A stretch of DNA of 64,000 bases. Source: Zancudomyces culisetae HAW-14-8. Lineage: Eukaryota; Fungi; Kickxellomycota. The position numbers and the translations under genes were made by a program. The stretch lies in assembly GCA_052426225.1 (NCBI GenBank), contig JBNJNM010000006.1:2418001-2482000 (forward strand). Reading direction: 5' to 3'. The notes under the pieces are model-generated. The model searched no databases. It was not told the origin of the DNA and was given only the letters and a program-made list of their open reading frames with translations. Position 1 is the stretch's first letter, and each line of letters opens with the position of its first letter. Below, piece after piece: positions 36,101-47,287 of the stretch.

Positions 36101-37130
36101 CAACCTGTACTCCTTCAACACTCTCCTCCCTTTCTTTTATTTCCTCCACCCCTTCTACTCGCTCCATAACCTCAACACATTCATAATCTTCTTCTTCCAT
36201 CCATTCTCCATACTTTTTACTATCAACCACCCACTCCCTTGTAACCCTCCAAACTTGTTTTTTCTCTTCCTTTATTTCTTCCCTTTCTTGTCCTTGTCCT
36301 CGTTCTTCTTCTTGCTCTTTCTCTTGTTCATCTCTCCAACAATCATATTTACTCAAATTCCGGTAATAATGTATCAAGCTTTTACTCTTATTTCCTTCCC
36401 CCCCCTTTAATCTACCTATCACTACTTCATCTCCTTTTCCTTTTCCTTTTCCTTTTCCTTGTCTATTTTTCTCACCATCCTCCATTGTTTTCATTACTAT
36501 AATATGAGTTGCCTTATCCTTCTCTTCCATCTTTAATACCTGTCCACCCAATTCTTCCACAATCCGTGTCAATTCTACATCTTCATTCTCCATTCCTTCA
36601 TCCACTACCTGATTTCCCAACGCTGTTCCCATCTCAATATACACTTTGTATTTCCGTTCCAAATACCCCCCTCCTGTCTGTTGGTATGTTGGTTCCAAAA
36701 TCTTACAAATAAATTCCTTTGCCTGTTCACTACTGGCTATACCTGTTTGCATCTCAACCACCAAGTCTTCAAGCGTCAATCGAGTTTGCCCACCACTTTC
36801 ATCCTTGCTAGCCTCACTTCCCCCTGTAGCTCCGCCAAGTTTATCCTCGACATAATCATACAATCCAGCTACAAGCTTTTGAATAAACACCGCATTCTCA
36901 CTACTAACAACCAGCCTCTTACTGTCTATACGTAGTGTCTTTCCCAGCATCTTGTTTTTGGTATAGATTATATACATCAGCGCGCCAATATTTGCTGGTA
37001 TTTTGGTTAGTTCGGATTGTTCCACTTTGGCACATTGTGCACAGTGTTTTAAAAGTTCCTCAAGAACCTGTTGGTTCTGATAGTAATCTTCCCAACTTTT
37101 GTTTACTTCTTCTTGGTTCGGCAAGCTCAT
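33165..37130 (-). CDS. SWI/SNF-RSC core subunit Swi3/Rsc8/SMARCC
   Basis: SWIRM (IIPSYAAWF...[27 protein letters not shown]), ZZ zinc finger, SANT ([16 protein letters not shown]), [18 protein letters not shown] and a C-terminal coiled coil. Confidence 0.96.
   Translation of the reverse strand: [1321 protein letters not shown]
35371..35432 (-). repeat. Coding (GAAAAG)n hexamer array encoding (EK)n
   Basis: Perfect (TCCTTT)n on the plus strand; a similar array lies at about 35115-35190. Confidence 0.9.
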
Positions 37131-37963
37131 GTTTGCCTTGATCAGTTTTTTTTTTCTCTTTTCTTTTCCTTTCTTTTCTTTTCTTTTCTTCTCTACCTTC
37201 TTTTATGTTCGGTAATTGTTTTTGTCCTTTGTCTTTGTTTTAACTATTGAAAAATCTCGAGTTTGTTCTTCTATCCTTTTCCTTATTTCTCTACCCTTCT
37301 TGTTTTTTTTTTCTTTTTCACTTTTTTTTTTTTGCTTCTAAATCTTTATTTTTTAGGATTTATTCCACTTTACACTGTTTATTTTATTTATTTATTTTTT
37401 GTCTTTTGATATATCTGCCTATAAATCCAAAATTAATTATTTTTGTAATTCTACCTTCTCACAAACTAACTGTTAAAGTTTTGCCCTTGAAAATTAAACA
37501 TAAACATAAACAACTTGAATTATCGTGTTTCCTTTTTTCTCTCTTTTTTTTTTTTTGGTGACAATATTGTTTATTTATTTTTATTATATTTTATCACTTT
37601 TTATCACATCTTGATACTATTATTACATATTAAAAATTTTTTTTTCTTTTTCCTGCCTGAAATTCCAAATACTCAAAATGCCCGAAATATCAATAAATTG
37701 AATAATCATTATGAAATATTTTCTTTTTTTTCCTGTTCTTCCTACTCCTTCCCTAATTTATCACCTCCATAATTGATTCCCTTTATTTTCTTTTTTAAAA
37801 AACTTGATTTTCGCGTAGTTTTTTATTTATTTATTTTTAATTTTAACCCATTTATTTGGAAAATTAATTTTAAATTAATCATTTTGTTGATCAAAAACAC
37901 CAACAATTTAAAAAAATCATGTAAATCATATATCCCAATCCTACACCCAAAATATACCATGGT

Positions 37964-39229
37964 TTACAATTCAGCTCTCTTCTCCTCCTCCTTTTGTTCC
38001 TCCTTCTGTTCCTCCTTCTGTTCCTCCTCCTCCTTCTTCTCCTCCTCTTTCTGTTCCTCCTTCTGTTCCTTCTCCTTTTCAGCCTCAAGCTTCTCCTCAA
38101 CCTTAGCCCTGGCATCAGCCTCAGCACCTGGCTTAATCTTGCCAATGAACACCTTCAATACATTGGTTCTTGCTACCATGTTATCCAAAATCTTTTGTGA
38201 AACTCCTCTCTTCTGGATAATTCCTCCAAGTCTCTTGAGTTCTTTGGCTGCAAACTTGGAATCGCTGCTCATCTTCTCCATAACCTTGCCATAGTACTCT
38301 GCCATCATCTTGGATACTCCGCTGAGCTTCTCGGAAACTTCCTTTACCTTTTCAATTGCAAATGCTCTTTGCTTCTCCTTCATGGCGCTAAACTTGGCTG
38401 CCAGTTCGTCAATCACATCGTTTCTTCCAGCTGACTCATCCAACAAACCTTCCTCAGTTCTTGATGTACCCGCAACCAAATTGACAAATGTTACCAAATC
38501 CTTCAATGTTCGTGCCTGGTCAAAATCTACTGGCTCGTCCTCCCTTCCTGGTGTAAACATCTTTATTGTTGGGAAGCCCTTGATGTCGTATTTTTGGATT
38601 GTCTCTCTGTACGAATCCCCGTTTATTTGTGCAATAACTACGTTTTTGCTATCTGGATGAAATATGTCTGCAAGTTTCTTGTATATTGGTTGCAGTTGTT
38701 TACAGTGTCCGCACCATGGTGCCATGAATTCAACCAATACGTGTTTGCCCGAGTTGATAACTTGTTTGAAATTATAGTCGTGTAGCTCTACAATGTTGCT
38801 AATCTCTGCCTTTGGTCTAATTCCTAGATTTTTGTTAACAAATGCTGCCATGGTATCCAAATCACGACCCTCTTCATACTTTTCTCCATTTTTAATATCT
38901 CCCTTTGGGAACCATTTCACGGTTGGGTATCCCCGAATTTCATATTTGGTACACAAATCCTTGTTATCATCACAGTCTACTTCACCAATCACCACATCTG
39001 GTGTATCCTTAAATTTCTCTGCAAGAGCTTCATAATCTGGTGCCATGCGCTTGCAGTGTCCACACCATGGTGCAAAAAACTTTATGAATGCTCCTTGCTT
39101 CGCCTTTTGGACCACTTCATTAAAGTCACTGTTTCCAAGCTTCTTTAGCGCTGATTCCTTATCACCAGCTGCACTAACGGTTGACAAAAGTGTAAATGTC
39201 GAAAGTGTTATTAACGATAGTAACTTCAT
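37964..39229 (-). CDS. Protein disulfide isomerase, ERp38/TigA type
   Basis: Signal peptide, two APWCGHCK thioredoxin sites, ERp29-like helical C-domain, C-terminal RAEL. Confidence 0.93.
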   Translation of the reverse strand: MKLLSLITLSTFTLLSTVSAAGDKESALKKLGNSDFNEVVQKAKQGAFIKFFAPWCGHCKRMAPDYEALAEKFKDTPDVVIGEVDCDDNKDLCTKYEIRGYPTVKWFPKGDIKNGEKYEEGRDLDTMAAFVNKNLGIRPKAEISNIVELHDYNFKQVINSGKHVLVEFMAPWCGHCKQLQPIYKKLADIFHPDSKNVVIAQINGDSYRETIQKYDIKGFPTIKMFTPGREDEPVDFDQARTLKDLVTFVNLVAGTSRTEEGLLDESAGRNDVIDELAAKFSAMKEKQRAFAIEKVKEVSEKLSGVSKMMAEYYGKVMEKMSSDSKFAAKELKRLGGIIQKRGVSQKILDNMVARTNVLKVFIGKIKPGAEADARAKVEEKLEAEKEKEQKEEQKEEEKKEEEEQKEEQKEEQKEEEKRAEL

Positions 39230-40644
39230 CTTGCAACAGTTTCTTGCTCTTTTTTTTCTTTCCTATATGTTGCTTTGTTTCCCTTGAAAAAGAAAATTAC
39301 AAGTATATATTGAATTGAAAAAGTTTGGGTTTATTTTTGAACCGTTTTGCATTTATTTCTTTTTGCTTTTGCACTTTGTTGCTATTTTGCCTGCCAACTA
39401 GAAAATGCTACATGTTTCATAGCCACACCCTTTTCTCAACCTTTCTTTACCATTCTGTGGAATTTAAACTCCAACCAATTACATAATATAATGCAAATTT
39501 AATGCAAGTTTGAAAAAAGTAAGGGCCTAATCCATATGTCCATAATTATTGATGGTGTAAGTTTTCTATTTGCCTTTTTCTTTTTCCTCTTCTTTTTTCC
39601 TCCATCATCTTTACTCTATTAGGATCTATGTGAATCGGTTCATCCTAACTTTTAGTACACTCTCTTAGTTACGTTTCTACGCCATTGCTCAAACATATAC
39701 TGTAAACTTTCTATTCTCTTTTATCCTATGGATAGCCCTCTCCAAAAAACAAAAAATGGAGTTGATAGTAATTGTAATGTTCTGGATATCTGGTAAATTC
39801 CATCAATAGTACATTTATTCTATAAAAAAATATCACATATTCTCTTATCCTACAAACTCCTTGTATCCCCAAATAGTCATAAACTCCTTATACAATCTCT
39901 ACTTTTTCATACCCATCACCCTCCCCGCCACACCCATTCCTCTTCACATTTTGTTCATGATACACCAAACCCCACCTTTGTAATAAAACGAAAAGCATAT
40001 TTATTTCTCGCTACATATAACCTAATAAAAATAAAATATAAAAGCCAACAAGTTACCATTGATGAGTGTTACAAGCAGCGATCAGTAATCTGAACCACTC
40101 TACAAATCCACTACATCCGAGATACCTTTTATTCTAAATAGGTATCTCTCTTGAATGTAACCAAGCATCCCAATCTACGGGAGAAAGAAAATCTTTGATA
40201 ATGCTATAAACTCGTATAAAAATAACTAAAAACATGAATCTAGAATAAGCTAATACAACCAGCTCTCTTCCCTTCTTCCCTCCCCTCCAACTTCCTTTTT
40301 TTCTTTTACCACTCCAGTATAGAGGAACAAAAAAAATAGGTAGACACAAAGGTGGTACAACAACGATCATATCGTACTATCTAGAAACACCTGATATTAC
40401 ACACCAAACAACAAAACAGTAAATAAAGAGACAATGCCCAAGGTTAATAAATACATAATGAAGCCGTTCCATCAATTTTACGAGCTGGCTCCTCTTCCCA
40501 ACCCGTATCACACTCTCATTCATTCTACATCCACCCGCTCTTTTTCCATAATCACTTGCCCATCAGAATTAAGTATGCAAAATTCCAAGAAAAAAAACAA
40601 GTCCAGTCCTTTTGCATCGCACAAGGTGATATGCACAAAGTCCT

Positions 40645-41306
40645 TTATTCTATGCGTGTGAAGCTGCGTCCACCACGGGGTTGTTCATTAAGTTTAGGGT
40701 TGTTCTTCTCTATCTGCTTGCGATCACGCTCCAGAAAATCAAAGCCGCACTCATGTTGGTCGGGGAATTTGTGAGAATCGCAGAACACGTTTTCGCATCT
40801 GCACTTGTTGGTGGTCTGTTTTACAAGAGGTATTTTGGATTTGCATTTGAAGCATCTTCCTTTTACAACACGTGGTTTAGTTTCGGTTATTCTCTTGCTA
40901 ACAAGCGAAACTATCTCTGAACTGGTCTCGGCCAGTTTGGCACTGCTCAGGGTAGTCATATGTCCACTATCGATTTTCATCACCTTGCGCAATTCTGCAC
41001 TGCTATCCCCATAGGGTCTATTTTCAGGAGATATTGTAGTCCCCTCTGCATTGTTGTCTAGTTTTTCACCCTCAAACTCTTTGAAGCACTTGGAGCACAT
41101 GTTGTTACACGCGGGATTCCTATTAGTTCAGAATAAAACGTTTGTTAGTATACATTAGAATAACTTTTTTAAACTGGTTTTTTATCTTTGTACTCGAAAT
41201 ACTGTCTAGAAACCATATAGCTGAATTGTAATAAAACTTACCCATAAAACCCACAATTGTTAGAGCAAAACTCTGACGGTACTTGAGAATTTGTATTTCT
41301 TTCCAT
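40645..41306 (-). CDS. A20/AN1 zinc-finger protein (ZFAND5/6-like); exons 41306-41242 and 41119-40645
   Basis: Splicing reconstitutes the A20 finger CSNNCGFYGNPACNNMCSKC; AN1 finger RCFKCK...CRCENVFCDSHKFPDQHECGFDF. Confidence 0.92.
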
Positions 41307-44073
41307 CTTTCTGTTTAATTCAGCTACAAAAAAAGTAAATTTCTATTTTATGTATTATCAGTGTTCGTTGAAGTACGATAGTATAAGAATAAAAGCACTT
41401 TTGTGCACAAAAATAAGGACTGTGTAAGAAAATAAAGATACAAAAATAAAAGAGAAGCAAAGTACAAGCCTCGTCGTATTTAAAAGATAGCCTCAGTTCG
41501 CAAATCCTTTATGGTACTATTTAAAAAGCTATTTCGTAACGAACATTCAAATTTTTCAATTTTCCATGCAATTAAAACGTGAAAATGAAATAATGGTGAT
41601 GTAAAAAGTGAATTTAATGCTCTTTTGCAAGTGTTTTTTTGGGGGAAAGATAATGGGAATTATTATCAAGAGCCTTATTTTGCCCTTTTTTCTATTGCCT
41701 CTAAAATTTGAACTAGAAGGAACTGCACACTTTACATTCCAATACAAACAAAAATGTATGTATTTTTCTCCATATTGTGCTGCTAATTTTGGACTACGTA
41801 AATGTAGTTGGTGTAAATTAGTAATCTTGGAAGAAAATGGAAGCTCAAAGATGTTTGGAACACCTAGAATCCGCAGAAATATCCCGAGTTATGTAATTCC
41901 TGAAAACAAAATATGTTTGCAGAATTTCCAAGTGAAAATCTCTGTATTGGTAAATTAAAAAAACGGAAATAAACCAAGACAGACAGAAACAAATAAAAGA
42001 ATAAACCCGGGCCAGGACCTTGTTATCTCTTGGTTGCCAAAGTGGGTTGTTATTTTTACCTCCTTTTTTACATTTTGTTTTGGAAGCCTTACATAATCAA
42101 ATTACTTTTACCTGAAATTCCTTAGCTATTGAACAAACCTTGCTAATAGGTCACTTTCATACTTTCAAGAAATCCCAACTTCACCTAGTAAAACCATTAC
42201 CAAGAGAAAGAAAAAGGCATGAAATAAAAGGTCACGAGAATAGGTATCGCTATGCTAGCTTTTTTTTTTACCACACCTTGTGTTTTTTGTTTTTTTTGGC
42301 AAGCAAACGCTAATTGGATGCTATATTCAAGCGCTTTGTTGTGGAGTATTTGATTTGTAATCGTATCCAAACAAAAACAGGGATTTTTTGCTAAAATACC
42401 GAAATGCTAGGTGCAACCAATACCTAGCAAGATGAGATATTTTAAAAAGGGGTCATCTCTTAACCTCTTGCATTACTAGAGAAAAGGCCAAAGTTTTCTT
42501 TGTATTCCTAATTCTTAATTTCTTATCCCTTAATGGTCATGAAACAAGATTACACACCTCCTCATAGGTTCTTTTTTTCTATTTTATTTGAAATGAGCAG
42601 ATGATTGAGTAAACAGCCATTTCAACCGAAAAAAAAGCCTCAGAAACACTTTGTTCATTTATTTAAAGCTTGTCACTTGAGCTGTGCTTGTGAGTGGAAA
42701 ACGCAATATCCTTATAACAAAGAACACTTAATGACGAATCTTTTGTCGAATATTTCGTTTCTACTTGCAAATCGCATCTGGAAAAAAGTCCAGAACAATA
42801 TATGCTTATGCTTCTGGCAATATGACTAACAGTTGAAGCCACGTGAGTGGGCTGACTTTGACACCCACTGTGCTAATAGATACTGGAAAAATAAATCATG
42901 CAGCTGTGTATTAATCATCCCCCCCCCCTTCCACCTCCTCACTGTTCATTATTCTTTTTTAGGATTGAGGTGGGGGGAATTATACAAACATTGAACTCAG
43001 TGAATGGAATAATAGGTAGTATGGGTAGAATTTGCTAATCTAATATTTGTTGTGGACTATACCAAGAACGTTGATAGCATCAACATTAAAAGCACACTTT
43101 TGTTTGGCAAATAAATGCTATTAAAAAATATGAATGGCATTATCACTACTATAAGAGCCTACGCATTTCAAAATGGAAATTACGATAATTCCTTGGAAAA
43201 AACAATGGGTGAATACCAACAAGAAAGAAGTGATGAAAAATTATGTGTGTAGGTAACTTCATGCAAACACTGTATCAAATAATCACACCTAACCCAAAAG
43301 AACAGCTACAAACTATATCCAATTATCTGCGTATTGTATTTACATTGTGTATATTCGGTCCCACACCCTTTTCCCTTTTTTTTTTCGTTCACATCAAGGC
43401 TTATGGCTCAAATTGCTAAATGAAATTCTCAACAGCAAAAAATGGGAACAAGGTAAATCAATGTATAGTTGTAGTTTGATGGAACGGGGGAAAATTGAAA
43501 AAAAAAATATAGGAGTGGAGTAATTACATTAAATGATGTTAACATTGCCAACATCATGTCCGTGATTAAGAAGTATTCGTGTAAAGCAGAGCATTAAATT
43601 TCATAAAACCCGAGGTTCTAGTACCTTATATTAATACTTACTGAGAGGATGAAAAAAAAAAGTGGGCGTGGGGAAGTGTTCACACTTCCAGAAAATTGGG
43701 AAGGTAAAGGGAGGGGGTGAGTGTATGTATGACGTCGTTCATGTGTTCTAGAAAATCAGGAGGTCTTTTAAAGTAGTTACGTGTGTAGGTATATAACCAA
43801 TTAATTCACAATGTGTAGCTTCATGCTTTTGTTTGTAATAACAAAAGAGATTTTTTTGGTACAAAGGGGGGAAAGAAAAGACATAAATACCATCCACGTG
43901 TTTTTCTCTTTTTTTATTATTTACCTTCTTAAAACGACCGATTGGTTACCTGTTGCGATAGGTGGGAAAGTGCCTTACTTTTAAATATGACACCACTTAG
44001 TGTTTTTATATAGAGAAAGTTGGCCCAAATGTGATCAACAGTCATGATGTGTCCGGCAAAGGTGAGAGTATTT

Positions 44074-44200
44074 GAGCTCAGTTGATAGAGCAGAGTTGAA
44101 AAGGATGTAGGACTAGTCTCACTATGTTGAGAGCAAGGCGTGGTGTGTTAATCTTGAGGTAATGGGTTCAAAACTCTAATTGAGCCAATTCAAACTTTTT
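44074..44200 (+). other. tRNA-like Pol III A/B-box element (degenerate tRNA or tRNA-derived relic)
   Basis: GAGCTCAGTTGATAGAGC (D-arm/A-box-like), GGTTCAAAAC at 44165 (B-box-like), TTTTT at 44196; no clean cloverleaf. Confidence 0.3.
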
Positions 44201-44323
44201 CACGTGACTGAATTTATTCAACTTTGTATACCCTAAAAGGTAGTGTTGTCATAAACTTTAAATAAAAAGAAAACATAAAATATATGAAAAAAAGATGGAA
44301 AGGCGAGAATGGAAGACATAAAC

Positions 44324-47287
44324 TTATGAAACAGGAGCTGGTTCAATATTCCATACCTCCTCAGCATATTCTGTAATGGCACGATCAGAGGAGAACTTTT
44401 GCATCCTTGCAGCACAAAGTATGGATTTTGTGATCCAAGCATCTCTATCCTTGTAAATATTATCAAGGGCATCTTGTGCCATGATATATGAAGGGAAATC
44501 AACGGAAACAAGGTAGTTGTCTCCAGCGCCACTAATAACACCATTGAGAGGAGCAAATACATTGTGGTCACCAAATACATCTCTCTTAATTGTGTTGATG
44601 ACGGTTTTGAGAGACTCATCAAGTGGATAAGGGTTGTAGCGCAAGTTGAAACGGATATCCTCAACCTCGTGTGCAAGAGCACCAAATGTAAATATCTGGT
44701 CATCACCAACCTCACGTGCAATCTCTATGTTTGCACCATCAACAGTACCGAGAATTATTCCACCGTTCATAACAAACTTCATGTTTGATGTTCCTGAGGC
44801 TTCAGTACCGGCAGTTGAGATGTGCTGCGAAATATCACTTGCGGGAACAATAACTTCGGCTGCTGTAACACAGTAATCTGGGATAAACACAACCTTAAGT
44901 GCGTCTCCAATGTCCTTATCGGAATTCACAACATCAGCCACTGAATTGATAAGCTTAATGATCAATTTGGCTATGTAGTATCCTGACGCTGCCTTTCCAG
45001 AGAAGATTACTACTCTGTTAACTTGCTCGCTGCGCTCTTCTGGAGTCATTTCCTTGAGTCTGCTGTATCTGTAAATAACACCTGCAATGTTCATGAGCTG
45101 GCGCTTGTACTCGTGAATACGCTTCACTTGTATGTCGAACATTGAGTTGGGATTTACGGTTATACCTGTGGTATCAAGAATATACTTGGCAAGCTGTACT
45201 TTCTTTGTTTGTTTGATATTCCACCATCTCTTGCGGAAGTCCTTGTCATCAACATAGCTTTCCAAAATTGCAGTCTTTCGGTAGTCGTTTACCCACGACT
45301 CGTCACCAACCACCTCAGTTATAAGTGCACTAAGCTCGGGGTTACATTGGTGTACCCATCTTCTTGGAGAAACGCCGTTTGTTTTATTGATGAATTTGTC
45401 TGGTCCATAAATTTTGACAAAGTCCTTAAATAGAGTCTCTTTGATAATCTCAGAGTGAATTTCAGCCACACCGTTCACCTTGTGAGAACCAACAATGGCC
45501 AAGTGAGCCATACGAGCCTGTTGTGGTGATGATTCTTCGATAACTGAAGTGGATCTCAAAAGCTCTCTGTCATTTGGGAATGAGGCAGCAACCTTCTGCA
45601 AGAAGAAAAGATTGATGTCGTATATAATGCTCATGATTCTGGGAAGCAATCTGCTCATCATTTCAGTTGGCCATTTTTCCAACGCCTCTGGTAGAATTGT
45701 GTGGTTAGTGAATGCAAACGTGTGGGTCACAATTTCCCAAGCATCATCCCACTTCAAGCCCTCTTCATCGATCAGCAATCTTTGAAGCTCAGCAACACCC
45801 AAAGCTGGATGTGTATCGTTAAGCTGGATGGCTTCCATCTGTGGGAATTCAGACCATGGTTTGTTTGTTCGCTTGAATCGAGCGATAATGTCCTGAATTG
45901 ATGCAGATACAAACATGTATTCCTGCTTGAGTCTAAGCTCTTTTCCTTGGTTGGTGTTATCATTGGGGTACAACACATCAGTCAATATCTCGGCAGCCAC
46001 AACGTTTGCGGTTGCTCCGTTATAATCGCCAGAGTTGAAGCGGTTAAAATCAAACAGATTATTAGTCTTGCAGCTCCACAATCTTATGTTTCCTACGTTT
46101 TGTGTTCCAAACCCTGGAACTGGAACATCAAACGCCATAACATCGTATTCTACTGCATTTTCCCAGACGTATTTTTCCAATTCTCCTTCGTTTTGGGCTC
46201 TTGAGTTACCATAAAACTTTACTTTGTAGGTAATGTCTGGTTGTGGGAACTCCCATGGATTGGAATGCTCCAACCAACAATCTGGTGCTTCCACTTGGTA
46301 TCCGTTCATTATCTGCTGTTGGAACATTCCGTACTTGTATCTGAGACCATATCCCCATCCTGCGTAGTTGCAACAGGCAAGTGAATCTACATAACAGGCT
46401 GCAAGTCTACCCAAACCACCATTTCCTAATGCAGCATCTCTCTCCTCATCGATTACATCCTCCATATTATATCCCAATTGCTTCAGTGCACCTGCATACT
46501 CTTTTCTTAGTCCCAATGCAAGCATTGCATTATCAAGTGTACGTCCAATCAAAAACTCAAGAGACATGTAGTTGATTCTTTTGGCTTGGATGGCCTCATG
46601 GTGTTCATTGGTCAGTGTCCATCTTTGAAGAAGTCTGTCGTGTATTGAAAACGCCGAAGCCAAATAAATATCCCATGACATTGTGTTTGATGGCTGCTTA
46701 TACAATCTTGTTGCCAATATTGCGATAACACAGTCAACAATGGAGTTTTCATCTATTTGGTTGAACCAAGAAGTTTTCATTTGATTTATTACTCTTTCAC
46801 GTAAATAGATATGTTATTGATTTTTGTAGTGCAAAGCAATCCTGTATATCACAAATAATAATGAAACCAGAAGCGATTACTAGTGATATTGGTTAAGAAA
46901 AAAAAAACCTACCCTTAGGGAGCTCCCTATGCCAATAGCTCTGGAATTTTGAGCTCTCCTTGGTTGAGTACTTGTGCAAGTCTGTAACACCAGAGAGAAG
47001 ATCCAATAGAGCAGAACCTGAGCGTACTCTCTTGAGTGGTGGTACTGCAGATGCATGCTCATGCTCTAATACCGCACCAGCTGCAGCAACCGTTGGAATA
47101 ATTGATGACCTAATTTTTGATATATACCATTGTTATAGTTCAAATACACTGTTTACATTAACAAAAAAAAAGAAAAAGCCAATATCTAAGTGTTTAAAGT
47201 GAAAAGCTGATACAAATATATGAACAAGTATAGGGTTATAACAAATATAAAAGTGGCTTTTGTGGATTACCTTGGAAATCTGTCCAT
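44324..47287 (-). CDS. GPH1: Glycogen phosphorylase; exons 47287-47271, 47109-46913 and 46752-44324
   Basis: DAALGNGGLGRLAAC, QLNDTHP, KRIHEYKRQ, EASGTSNMKF (PLP lysine); phase-consistent GT-AG introns. Confidence 0.97.

Noticed and set aside
35085-36410. 441-aa Phe/Leu-rich plus-strand ORF
   Set aside because: Antisense shadow of the purine-rich Glu/Lys linker of SMARCC; not an independent membrane protein.
37247-37772. Short Phe/Leu/Ile-rich ORFs in intergenic DNA (also at 13-14 kb and 17 kb)
   Set aside because: Chance products of poly-T and microsatellite tracts.
40050-40560. Possible minus-strand exons and a C/D-box-like TGATGA...CTGA pair
   Set aside because: No coherent reading frame; box spacing is too short for a snoRNA.
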